Assembly (NCBI GenBank): GCA_030698225.1
Contig: JAUYNR010000115.1
Span: forward strand, 5,058 to 69,057
Length of the DNA: 64,000 bases
Direction: 5' to 3'
From: Oxalobacteraceae bacterium
Lineage (GTDB): Bacteria > Pseudomonadota > Gammaproteobacteria > Burkholderiales > Burkholderiaceae_D
Part shown: positions 54,639-63,299 of the stretch, piece by piece
How positions within the stretch are numbered: the first letter of the stretch is position 1
Layout of the letters: each line of letters opens with the position of its first letter
The notes under the pieces: generated by a model
The model's input: the letters and a program-made list of their open reading frames with translations, nothing else
Told to the model about the DNA's origin: nothing
The model's database searches: none
Program-made: the position numbers and the translations under genes

Positions 54639-55928
54639 ATGTGCGAACGCACTACAGCGAGCATTGCAGGCATCGCGATGCCTGCCGCAACCCCGGCATT
54701 GCCGGCGCCGGCGACCGGATCGCGCCGGCGCCGGTTGTGGGAATTACCCAGCCATGCGTACTGCCCGGTGGTCGGGGTGTGTCTGCCGATCAGCGCATTG
54801 CGCCGCCTGGTCGACAAGGCCCTGGGCGAGCAGGTAATGGCCGACGATTATGAGCTGCATTGTTGCGTGATTGCCGAATGCAAGTCCCGCACGCCGCTGG
54901 CCGAACGGCTGCAGCGCGAACTGGATCGCCGTTACGCCAGCGCCCAGCGTCAGGCCGCGCTGGCCAAAACCACCGATGACCTCGGCCTGTGGTGGGCCAG
55001 TTGCCAGCGCGGCAATCAGATTGCGGGTGGGCTGTGGGCGGTGCTGACCCATCCGCGCTGCGATGTCGCACTGGAGGAGCGGGTATTGAGCAACATCCAC
55101 ATGCTGCAACACCAGGTCGGTGCCGCCCACCGGGCCGACGTGCAGCGTTTTGCCGAACTGATCGACGAGAACGGCGTGCTGGCACGCGAACTCGGCGCGG
55201 TCCAGCAGCGCAGCACGCGCGTCATCGCCGAGAAAAATGCCTGTATCGAGCGCCAGTCTGCCGACAACATGCAGCTGCGCGCCGCATTGATCGGCAAGGA
55301 CACCGCGCTGGCCAGCCTGCGCGACGAGATCGCGACCCTGGAAGCGGGCTTCCCCGGCCTGCGTACGCGCGTCGAGCAGGCGCGCCACATCGAAGCCCAG
55401 CTGGCGCGCATCCATGACCTGGAGCGGCAACTGCTGCTGGAGCAGCATCGGGCGCAGTCATTGCAGGATAAGGTCGCGGATCTGGCGGCGCTGTCGGCAT
55501 CTGTCGCCGGCAACCCGATACTGGCCGAACCCGTGTTGCCGGCAGCCGACGGTTTGCGCGACAAATCCGTGCTGTGTGTCGGCGGGCGTCCCGGCATCGT
55601 GCCGATCTATCGGCAATTGATTGAACGCACCGGCGGGCACTTTCTGCATCACGACGGCGGCGAGGAGGAGAGCGCGGCCCGGCTCGATGCCAGCCTGGCA
55701 GCAGCCGACCTGGTGATCTGCCAGACCGGTTGCGTCAGTCACGGCGCTTACTGGCGGGTCAAGGATCACTGCAAGCGCACCGGCAAACGCTGCGTATTCG
55801 TCGAGAAACCGAGTGTCAGCAGCATGGCGCGTTGCCTCCAGGACATCGGGCAATCGATGCCCGCGAGCACCGACGCGGCCGTCGATACGGCGGCTTGCGC
55901 TATTTATGCCGCGGAATTAAAAACTTAA
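54639..55928 (+). CDS. Coiled-coil protein with a C-terminal DUF2325-like domain
   Basis: 429 aa. AGGAG 7 nt upstream. Cys-containing N-terminus, central heptad-rich region, and a C-terminus (VLCVGGRPG..LVICQTGCVSHGAYWRVKDHCKR..VFV) resembling DUF2325. Confidence 0.6.
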   Translation: MCERTTASIAGIAMPAATPALPAPATGSRRRRLWELPSHAYCPVVGVCLPISALRRLVDKALGEQVMADDYELHCCVIAECKSRTPLAERLQRELDRRYASAQRQAALAKTTDDLGLWWASCQRGNQIAGGLWAVLTHPRCDVALEERVLSNIHMLQHQVGAAHRADVQRFAELIDENGVLARELGAVQQRSTRVIAEKNACIERQSADNMQLRAALIGKDTALASLRDEIATLEAGFPGLRTRVEQARHIEAQLARIHDLERQLLLEQHRAQSLQDKVADLAALSASVAGNPILAEPVLPAADGLRDKSVLCVGGRPGIVPIYRQLIERTGGHFLHHDGGEEESAARLDASLAAADLVICQTGCVSHGAYWRVKDHCKRTGKRCVFVEKPSVSSMARCLQDIGQSMPASTDAAVDTAACAIYAAELKT

Positions 55929-55930
55929 TC

Positions 55931-55999
55931 AAATAACTTGAGTATGGCAAAAAATAGTACATTTACCGCATATATTCATTGCGGTATTAAAAATACTCA
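55931..55999 (+). repeat. AT-rich interspersed repeat, copy 7 of 9 (best copy)
   Basis: aaataacttgagtatggcaaaaaatagtacatttaccgcatatattcattgcggtattaaaaatactca, with terminal TGAGTAT/ATACTCA and inner ACCGCA/TGCGGT inverted repeats. Confidence 0.7.
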
Positions 56000-56082
56000 T
56001 AATCAGGATTGGCTGCGCCGGGCGGACGAACCGCGGCTTGCGGATTTGTTATTGATGCGCCAACTCGGCCACTCCCGCTACA

Positions 56083-56889
56083 ATGCGCGGCATGGATATC
56101 TCGCTCTCAGAATCACGCATTGCCGCATTGCGCCAGGCCAGCGCGCAACAGGTCGCGGTCGAGGTGGTGGCCGAGACCGGCTCGACCAATGCCGACCTGC
56201 TGGCGCGGCTGGATAACTTATCGTCGCCGCTGCTGCTGGCGGCCGAAATCCAGACTGCAGGGCGCGGCCGGGCCGGGCGCAACTGGCATTCGGCAGCCGG
56301 CGCGACGCTGACTTTTTCGCTCGCATGGCGCTTCCAGCGGCCGCTGCAGTCGCTGCTGGGCCTGCCGCTGGCGGTCGGGGTGGCGCTGGCGGAGGCGCTG
56401 GCGGCGCTCGATGTCCCGGTCGCGCTGAAGTGGCCGAACGATGTGCTAAAGGACGGCAAGAAACTGGCCGGCATTCTGCTCGAGACGGTGTCCATGCCGG
56501 CCGCAATGCAAGGCGGCACCTGGGCGGTGATCGGCATCGGTTTGAATTTGACCGTGCCGGACCGGCTCGAAGCACAAATCGGTCACATGGTGGCCGATGC
56601 GCGGTGGCTGGCGCGGATGGACCGCAGCCGGTTGCTGGCGGCATTGCTGAACGCGCTGGCGGAGGCGCTGACACAATTCGAGGAGGGTGGCTTCAAGGCT
56701 TTCATGCCGCGCTGGAACAGCCTGCATGCGCATGCAGGCCAAATGGTGCTGATCCTGGATCACGGGCAGTTGTTGCAGCAAGGGCGCGCAGTGGGCGCCG
56801 ACGAGAGCGGCTGCCTGCTGCTGGACACCGCAGCGGGCCGGATCGCGGTCGTTGCCGGTGATGTGTCACTGCGGATCAAGGAAAATTGA
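56083..56889 (+). CDS. birA: Biotin--[acetyl-CoA-carboxylase] ligase (group I, no HTH)
   Basis: 268 aa. GRGRAGRNW and KWPNDV motifs. Followed by coaX, as in many betaproteobacteria. Confidence 0.85.
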   Translation: MRGMDISLSESRIAALRQASAQQVAVEVVAETGSTNADLLARLDNLSSPLLLAAEIQTAGRGRAGRNWHSAAGATLTFSLAWRFQRPLQSLLGLPLAVGVALAEALAALDVPVALKWPNDVLKDGKKLAGILLETVSMPAAMQGGTWAVIGIGLNLTVPDRLEAQIGHMVADARWLARMDRSRLLAALLNALAEALTQFEEGGFKAFMPRWNSLHAHAGQMVLILDHGQLLQQGRAVGADESGCLLLDTAAGRIAVVAGDVSLRIKEN

Positions 56890-56891
56890 GC

Positions 56892-57683
56892 ATGTTGTTA
56901 TTGGTCGATGCCGGCAATACCCGGATCAAGTGGGCGCTGGTGGATGCGACGGCGGGGCTGGACCAGCTGGGCCGCTGGAGCGCGTTCGGCTCGCTCGGTC
57001 ATGCCGAGGTCGGCACGCTGGCGCGGGCCTGGCAAGGCGTGCAGATCTCACGCGCGCTGCTGTCGAATGTGGCCGGGGCGGCGCTGCGCCAAGGCCTGGA
57101 GGCGGCTTTGGCCGCGGCCACCACCACTGCGCTGCGGCCGGCGCACATTGACTGGTTCGCATCGACGCCGCTACTGGGCGGGGTGCGCAACGGTTATCGC
57201 AATCCGGCCCAGCTCGGTTGCGACCGTTTCGCGTCGGTGATTGGCGCCCACGCGCTGTTTCCGCAGCAGGCGCTGATCGTCGCCACCTGCGGCACCGCCA
57301 CCACGGTGGACGCGCTCAGTGCGGATGGGATTTTTGTGGGCGGGATGATCTTGCCGGGTCTGGGCCTGATGGCATCCTCGCTGGCCAGCAATACCGCGCA
57401 GTTGCCGCAAGTGGCGCACAGCCTGTCGCTGTCGCAGATGTTTGCCGACAATACCGATGCCGCGATTGCGGCCGGTTGCATCGCGGCCCAGGCCGGCGCG
57501 ATCGAGCGCGCGGTGGCGGCCCATGCGCAGTTGCATGCGGCGGTGCAGTGCGTGCTGGCCGGCGGCGCCGCAGCGTATATCGCGCCGCAGCTGCGGGTGC
57601 CGCATCAAATCGTCGATAATCTGGTGCTTATCGGCTTACAGGTCGTGGCGTTGCAGGCTGCGGATTCGGACCCATCATGTTGA
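56892..57683 (+). CDS. coaX: Type III pantothenate kinase
   Basis: 263 aa. N-terminal LLLVDAGNTRIKWAL and a GTATTVD block. Confidence 0.85.
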   Translation: MLLLVDAGNTRIKWALVDATAGLDQLGRWSAFGSLGHAEVGTLARAWQGVQISRALLSNVAGAALRQGLEAALAAATTTALRPAHIDWFASTPLLGGVRNGYRNPAQLGCDRFASVIGAHALFPQQALIVATCGTATTVDALSADGIFVGGMILPGLGLMASSLASNTAQLPQVAHSLSLSQMFADNTDAAIAAGCIAAQAGAIERAVAAHAQLHAAVQCVLAGGAAAYIAPQLRVPHQIVDNLVLIGLQVVALQAADSDPSC

Positions 57684-58336
57684 AATTCATTTTCTGGATA
57701 TTGTTGCTGGCCAACGCTGCGCTGCTGGCGTTGAACCTGGGCACTCTCGGTACGATCGTGCCGGACGGGCGCGAGCCGCAGCGCAGCAAACGTCAAATCG
57801 ATCCGCAACGGCTGACCTTGCTGGCTGGTGGAGCCGCCGCTGCGAGCGCTGCAATTGCGCCCGCGGCGGCGCCTGCCTTGGTCGCCTGCACTGAAATCGG
57901 CAATTTCCCGCTCGCCGTGGCCAGCCGTTTCGAGGCGCAAACTGCGGCGCTGGCGCTGGGCGACCGGCAATCGCGCCGCAATCTGCGCGAAATCTCCAGT
58001 TACATGGTGTATATCCCGTCGCAAGGCGACCAGGCCGGGGCGCAGAAGAAGGTGGAAGAGTTACGCCAGCGCGGCGTGACCAATTTCTTCGTGATGCAGG
58101 ACAATTCCGATCTGCGCTGGGGTATTTCGCTGGGCGTATTCAAGACCGACGCTACCGCCCAAAAACTGCTGGCCCAGCTCAGGCAGCAAGGCGTGCTGTC
58201 GGCCCGGATCGGCACCCGCAGCGTGGCTACCAGCAAGGTGGTCTTCCAGATCCGTGACCTCGACCCGGCCAGCGCAGCGGCGCTCGACCGGATAGCCGCC
58301 GATTTTCCGGAGCAGCAGCTGCGCAGCTGCGAGTAG
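57677..58336 (+). CDS. SPOR-domain protein
   Basis: 219 aa. N-terminal TM, Ala-rich linker, and a C-terminal SPOR-like repeat (YMVYIP...WGISLGVF). Confidence 0.7.
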   Translation: MLKFIFWILLLANAALLALNLGTLGTIVPDGREPQRSKRQIDPQRLTLLAGGAAAASAAIAPAAAPALVACTEIGNFPLAVASRFEAQTAALALGDRQSRRNLREISSYMVYIPSQGDQAGAQKKVEELRQRGVTNFFVMQDNSDLRWGISLGVFKTDATAQKLLAQLRQQGVLSARIGTRSVATSKVVFQIRDLDPASAAALDRIAADFPEQQLRSCE

Positions 58337-58351
58337 CGATGTCTGGCGCGA

Positions 58352-59476
58352 TTACAGCATGTTGCGCTGTTCGGTCAGCGTGCCGTTGATCGATTCGAAA
58401 ATCACGATGGTGCCATCGCGGATGTCGCCTTTGTCGTCGAACGATAGCGAGCCCTGGATCTTGCCGTTGAACGATTCCCTGCTGATTTCGGGCAGATACA
58501 CTTTCGGCTCGGTCGAGTTGGCGCGCTGCATCGCCTGCGCAAACAGGTGGATGCCGTCATAGGCCAGCGCGGAATACGCGCCCGGTACGCCGAATCGGGT
58601 CTTGTACAGTTCGGTGAAGGCGATGCCGGCCGATAGCCAGGATGGCGGCACGCCCGCCAGCGAACAGTAGAAGTCGTTATCGCCGCTGCCTTCGGCGTGC
58701 TTGATGGTCGAGGCGTCGCACATCGCATCGCCTGCCACGTACTTGGCGCTGGAGCCGGCCTTGCGCAGCGCTTTCAGCAGCGGCATGCCGGTCGCTTCGT
58801 CGCCGCCGAAGAAAACGATATTGGCACTGGATTCGATGATTTTTTGCGCCTGCAGCGCGAAGTCGGCGCTGTTGCCGTCGATGCTGTCGTGCTGGATGGC
58901 GATCTTGCCACTCGTCAGGGCCTTGCTCACTTCTGCTGCCAGTCCGGCTCCGAACAGCGTGCCGTCATCGACCAGATACACCGATTTCGGACGCAGTTTT
59001 TTCTGAATCAGATGGCCCAGCGCGGCGCCTTGCGCAATATCGTCGGCGGTGATGCGAAATGCGGTCTTCAGGCCCATGCGGGTGTATTTCGGGTTGGTGG
59101 AAACGGATAATTGCGGAATCCCGGCGCCCGCATACAGCGGTGCCGCGGCAATCGTCACGCCCGAGTTGAAGTGGCCGAACACCGCCTGCACTTTCGCATC
59201 GATCAAGCGTTTGGCGGCGATTTTCCCTTCCGCAGGCACCGCCTTGTCGTCCTCGATCGCCAGTTCGAAACGGGCGCGCTTGCCGTCGATCATGAAAAAA
59301 TCCTTGTTCAACTCGTCCACCGCCACTTCGGCGCCGTGGGCGATATCTTTCCCGTATTGCGCCAGCGGCCCGCTCATCGGTGCGGCCACGCCGATTTTCA
59401 CGCTTACCTCGCGGCTGCATGCGCCCAGCAGAGTGAGTGCGGCGATGATGCATGCAATGCGCTTGAATGGATTCAT
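58352..59476 (-). CDS. Branched-chain amino-acid ABC transporter substrate-binding lipoprotein (LivK-like), orphan
   Basis: 374 aa. Lipobox LLGAC. Type-I periplasmic binding fold blocks. AGGAG upstream. Confidence 0.8.
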   Translation of the reverse strand: MNPFKRIACIIAALTLLGACSREVSVKIGVAAPMSGPLAQYGKDIAHGAEVAVDELNKDFFMIDGKRARFELAIEDDKAVPAEGKIAAKRLIDAKVQAVFGHFNSGVTIAAAPLYAGAGIPQLSVSTNPKYTRMGLKTAFRITADDIAQGAALGHLIQKKLRPKSVYLVDDGTLFGAGLAAEVSKALTSGKIAIQHDSIDGNSADFALQAQKIIESSANIVFFGGDEATGMPLLKALRKAGSSAKYVAGDAMCDASTIKHAEGSGDNDFYCSLAGVPPSWLSAGIAFTELYKTRFGVPGAYSALAYDGIHLFAQAMQRANSTEPKVYLPEISRESFNGKIQGSLSFDDKGDIRDGTIVIFESINGTLTEQRNML

Positions 59477-59706
59477 TTGCTCTCCTGATTGTGCGGATTA
59501 TTTATCCGGCACGATGAAGTCTTGACTTCATCGTGCTCCGTTCTCACCCTCTCCCTGCGACAGATGCCGGGATCAGTCGATGCGGCTTCAACCTTATTCT
59601 TGCCGCATCAATAGCTGGTGATGATAGTGCCATTGGGCATTTTTTGTCTGAAAAAATATCGCAACTGCCTGCCGAAAAATCTTGCAGAATTCTGTTGGTT
59701 CAATGG

Positions 59707-59772
59707 AAATATATAGGGTATGACAATAAAATACATGTTTTGCGCATGTTTTTCATGCGTGTTGAAAAATAC
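59707..59772 (+). repeat. AT-rich interspersed repeat, copy 8 of 9
   Basis: agggtatgacaataaaatacatgttttgcgcatgtttttcatgcgtgttgaaaaatac. Confidence 0.55.
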
Positions 59773-59787
59773 AATGGCATGTATGAT

Positions 59788-60000
59788 TTATCGCAAGGCC
59801 GCCGGCGGCGGCGCTAACGTTGCCACGGTCGCGCGCAGGCAGGCCGGGCACAGGCAGGATGAAGGTGCGCCGGCGTCGCTGGTTGCGCCAATCGCGGCGG
59901 CCGGCAAGGCCGGCAGGCTGCTGCACCAGCACGGTGCCTGGTTGTGCCCATCGACCATCCCGCACGCGAATCGGGCACCGCAGCGCATACAGGTACTCAC
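59788..60000 (-). CDS. Cysteine-rich CWC-family protein
   Basis: About 66-70 aa (GTG 60000 overlapping the anti-sigma stop, or ATG 59988). Pattern CxRCG..F.CG ... CWC ... CxCxxC. Confidence 0.55.
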   Translation of the reverse strand: MSTCMRCGARFACGMVDGHNQAPCWCSSLPALPAAAIGATSDAGAPSSCLCPACLRATVATLAPPPAALR

Positions 60001-60233
60001 GGTTCAATCCGGTTGTTGTTGTCGTCGCCGGACGTATCGACAGTGGGCAGCGTGCGCATCGCCCGGCGCAGCAGGGTCATCTGGCCGTCAAAAGTCCGGC
60101 AGGCAGCGCAAATCAGGAAATGGAAGCGCATGCGGGCGCGTTCCAGAGGCGACAGATTCCGATCCAGCCCTTCCGATACCAGGTGGTGTACTTCACTGCA
60201 GGTGGGCAGCCATCGTGTTGCAGGTTTTTTCAT
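59997..60233 (-). CDS. zf-HC2 anti-sigma factor (short, no TM segment)
   Basis: 78 aa from ATG 60233 (TAATG overlap with the sigma gene stop). H-x3-C-x2-C motif in HFLICAAC. Confidence 0.7.
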   Translation of the reverse strand: MKKPATRWLPTCSEVHHLVSEGLDRNLSPLERARMRFHFLICAACRTFDGQMTLLRRAMRTLPTVDTSGDDNNNRIEP

Positions 60234-60817
60234 TATGATTTTCCGGATGAGGTGCTCGCTTGCTTGCCGAACCAGTGGTGATCCAGGCATTCGCGCAGCC
60301 GAACGCGGGCGCGGTATAGCAGTACCCATGCATTGGACGTTGAGATGCCGAGTTCCTTACAGATTTCATCGGTTCCCAGTTCCAGCCACTCGCGCATCAT
60401 GAAAATGCGCGCGGTTTTGGCCGGCAGATTTTCCAGGCAGATTTCCAGCACCCTGAAAAAATCCTTTTGCGCCAGCGCCTGCTCCGGATCGCCCCATGGG
60501 TTCGGCATCGTATGGATATGGCCGTTGGCGCGGAACAGCGCATCGATCACATCGTCTTGCGGCCGCTCGTCTTCGGCCTCGATCGGTATTTCGCGCCTGG
60601 CTGCGCGCAGGATGTCGATGATCTTGTACTTGAGGATGCCGATCGCGTAGGTGCGCAGCGACGAGCGGCCGCCAAACTGCTCCGGTTTTTCCAGCAGCGC
60701 CAGCAGCGCATCCTGCACCACATCCTCGGCCAGGCTGCGATTGCGCAGTTGCAACAGGGCAAATCGCAATAGCGCAGGGCGCATGATTTCTAGTTGTTGG
60801 TGCAATGTGTTTGTCAT
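60233..60817 (-). CDS. ECF (group IV) RNA polymerase sigma factor
   Basis: 194 aa. Region 2 (DVVQDALLAL) and region 4 (TDEICKELGISTSNAWVLLYRAR) signatures. Confidence 0.85.
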   Translation of the reverse strand: MTNTLHQQLEIMRPALLRFALLQLRNRSLAEDVVQDALLALLEKPEQFGGRSSLRTYAIGILKYKIIDILRAARREIPIEAEDERPQDDVIDALFRANGHIHTMPNPWGDPEQALAQKDFFRVLEICLENLPAKTARIFMMREWLELGTDEICKELGISTSNAWVLLYRARVRLRECLDHHWFGKQASTSSGKS

Positions 60818-60917
60818 TTGCGCAAAAGACTAGCGCCTCGGTATGCGAAACGCAAGGCGTGGCTGTGGGGGCAGACGATTTCCCTGTAAAATCGCGGAAA
60901 ACTTATCAGGACCTGCC

Positions 60918-61841
60918 ATGACCGCACTCACCCATCTTGATCTTCATCCCAGCGGCAATTTAAATTCCGTCGCGCCGGAAATCAAGGCCGAAATACTCGC
61001 CGAAGCCCTGCCTTACATCCGCAAATTCCACGGCAAGACGATCGTCATCAAATACGGCGGCAATGCGATGACCGACGAACGCCTGAAGCACGGCTTTGCG
61101 CGCGACGTGATTTTGCTCAAGCTGGTCGGCATGAACCCGGTGGTGGTGCACGGCGGCGGCCCGCAAATCGATAGCGCGCTGAAGAAGATCGGCAAGCAGG
61201 GCACTTTCGTGCAAGGCATGCGCATCACCGACGAAGAAACCATGGAAGTGGTGGAATGGGTGCTGGGCGGTGAAGTGCAGCAGGACATCGTGATGCTGAT
61301 CAACCATTACGGCGGCCAGGCAGTCGGCCTGACCGGCAAGGATGGCGGCCTGATCCGGGCCCGCAAGATGCGCATGCCGGACAAGGAAAAGCCGGGCGAA
61401 TTCCTCGATATCGGCTTCGTCGGCGAAATCGCCGCGATCAACCCGGCGGTGGTCAAGGCGCTGCAGGACGATGCCTTCATCCCGATCATTTCGCCGATCG
61501 GTTTTGGCGACGACGGCCAGGCCTACAACATCAACGCCGACGTGGTGGCAGGCAAGATCGCCGAAATCCTGCGGGCCGAAAAGCTGATCATGATGACGAA
61601 TATCGCCGGCGTGCAGGACAAGGCAGGCAATCTGGTGACCGACCTGACCGCGCGCGAAATCGATGAAATGTTTGCTGATGGCACCATTTCCGGCGGCATG
61701 CTGCCGAAGATCTCATCGGCGCTGGATGCCGCCAAATCGGGCGTCAACACCGTGCATATCGTCGATGGCCGCATCGCCCATTCGCTGTTGCTGGAAGTGC
61801 TGACCGAGCAAGCGTTCGGCACCATGATCCGCAGCCACTGA
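60918..61841 (+). CDS. argB: Acetylglutamate kinase
   Basis: 307 aa from ATG 60918. KYGGNAM and [10 protein letters not shown] motifs. Confidence 0.9.
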   Translation: MTALTHLDLHPSGNLNSVAPEIKAEILAEALPYIRKFHGKTIVIKYGGNAMTDERLKHGFARDVILLKLVGMNPVVVHGGGPQIDSALKKIGKQGTFVQGMRITDEETMEVVEWVLGGEVQQDIVMLINHYGGQAVGLTGKDGGLIRARKMRMPDKEKPGEFLDIGFVGEIAAINPAVVKALQDDAFIPIISPIGFGDDGQAYNINADVVAGKIAEILRAEKLIMMTNIAGVQDKAGNLVTDLTAREIDEMFADGTISGGMLPKISSALDAAKSGVNTVHIVDGRIAHSLLLEVLTEQAFGTMIRSH

Positions 61842-62537
61842 GTGCGTCCAAGATCCGGGCCGCTGTGGCTGTTCGACCTCGACAACACGCTGCATAACGC
61901 GTCGCACGCGATCTTTCCGGCCATCAACGCCAACATGAATGCGTTCATCGCGCAGGCGCTGGGTAACCAGGACGGGCCGGCCGATCCGCAGATCGTGAAT
62001 GCGATCCGGATCGATTACTGGCAGCGTTACGGCGCAACCCTGCTCGGCATGGTCAAGCATCACGCGGTGCGGCAGGCGGATTTCCTGCACGCCGCCCATC
62101 GCTTCGACGATGTCAGGGCGATGATCCGCGCCGAGCGCGGGCTGGCGCAACTGCTCAAGCGGCTGCCCGGGCGCAAGATATTGCTGACCAACGCGCCGTA
62201 TCAGTATTCGCGCGCGGTGCTGCGCCATCTCGGCTTGCACCGCCATTTTGCCGCGCACGTTCCGATCGAGTCGATGCGGGTGCATGGCAAGCTGCGGCCC
62301 AAGCCGTCCGGCCTGATGCTGCGCCAGTTGATGGCCAGGCAGCGGGTGTGCGCCAGCCGCTGCATTCTGGTGGAGGATACCGCGGCAACCCTGAAAGTGG
62401 CCCGCGCGCTGGGCATGCGCACCGCCTGGGTGACCCAATACTTGGCCACGCAGAAACGCAGCGCACGGGCTTCTTATATTGACGTCAAGGTAAGTTCGGT
62501 CAGACAGTTGCCGGCCCAATTGCATCGTTTGCGCTGA
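61842..62537 (+). CDS. HAD-family pyrimidine 5'-nucleotidase
   Basis: 231 aa, GTG start directly after the argB stop. HAD motif I FDLDNTLH. The argB-nucleotidase-slmA order is common in Burkholderiales. Confidence 0.75.
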   Translation: MRPRSGPLWLFDLDNTLHNASHAIFPAINANMNAFIAQALGNQDGPADPQIVNAIRIDYWQRYGATLLGMVKHHAVRQADFLHAAHRFDDVRAMIRAERGLAQLLKRLPGRKILLTNAPYQYSRAVLRHLGLHRHFAAHVPIESMRVHGKLRPKPSGLMLRQLMARQRVCASRCILVEDTAATLKVARALGMRTAWVTQYLATQKRSARASYIDVKVSSVRQLPAQLHRLR

Positions 62538-62582
62538 TTTCGCTGCATAATGGCATCCTCTCTGCAGAATATCGTCTCTATA

Positions 62583-62652
62583 GAGTATTTTTGAATACAC
62601 ATTAATATTATGCGGAAAATGGTTGATTTTTTGCCATACTCCCGTTATTTTA
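62583..62652 (-). repeat. AT-rich interspersed repeat, copy 9 of 9
   Basis: The reverse complement taaaataacgggagtatggcaaaaaatcaaccattttccgcataatattaatgtgtattcaaaaatactc aligns with the family. Confidence 0.7.
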
Positions 62653-62723
62653 TCTTCGCAGTTCCTGCGCAAAGCACTCGGGCGCGTCCTGGCCCGGCAA
62701 CAGTGGATTCATTTTTCGAGAAT

Positions 62724-63299
62724 ATGGCAACAGTTAAACCCGGTGAGCGCAAGCTCCAAATACTGCAGGCGCTGGCGGTCATGCTGGAGCAGCCGAAAAG
62801 CGAAAAAATCACCACCGCCGCGCTGGCCGCCCGGTTGACTATTTCGGAAGCGGCGCTGTACCGGCATTTCGCCAGCAAGGCCCAGATGTTCGAGGGCTTG
62901 ATCGAGTTCATCGAATCCTCTGTATTCGGCCTGATCAACCAGATCAGCGAGCAGCAGGATGACGGCCTGTCGCAGGCGCAAGCGATCACCGCGATGCTGT
63001 TCAACTTTGCCGAGCGCAATCCTGGCATGACGCGGGTGATGATAGGCGAGGTGTTGATGAATGAAGATGTGCGCCTGCAAGCGCGGATGAACCAGTTCGT
63101 CGAGCGCATCGAACTGGCGCTCAAGCAATCCTTGCGTATCGCGGTCACTCAGGGCCGTGCGAAGGAAGCGGAAGTGCCGGCGCGCGCCAATTTGATTATC
63201 AATTTCGTCATCGGCGGCTGGCACCGTTTCGCCAAGACCGGTTTCCAGCAACTGCCGTCCGGCAGCCTGCAGGGGCAAATCAGCTTGCTGCTTATTTAA
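62724..63299 (+). CDS. slmA: Nucleoid occlusion factor SlmA (TetR family)
   Basis: 191 aa from ATG 62724. The blocks KPGERKLQILQALAVMLE and ITTAALAARLTISEAALYRHFASKAQMFEGLIEFIE are typical of SlmA. Confidence 0.85.
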   Translation: MATVKPGERKLQILQALAVMLEQPKSEKITTAALAARLTISEAALYRHFASKAQMFEGLIEFIESSVFGLINQISEQQDDGLSQAQAITAMLFNFAERNPGMTRVMIGEVLMNEDVRLQARMNQFVERIELALKQSLRIAVTQGRAKEAEVPARANLIINFVIGGWHRFAKTGFQQLPSGSLQGQISLLLI

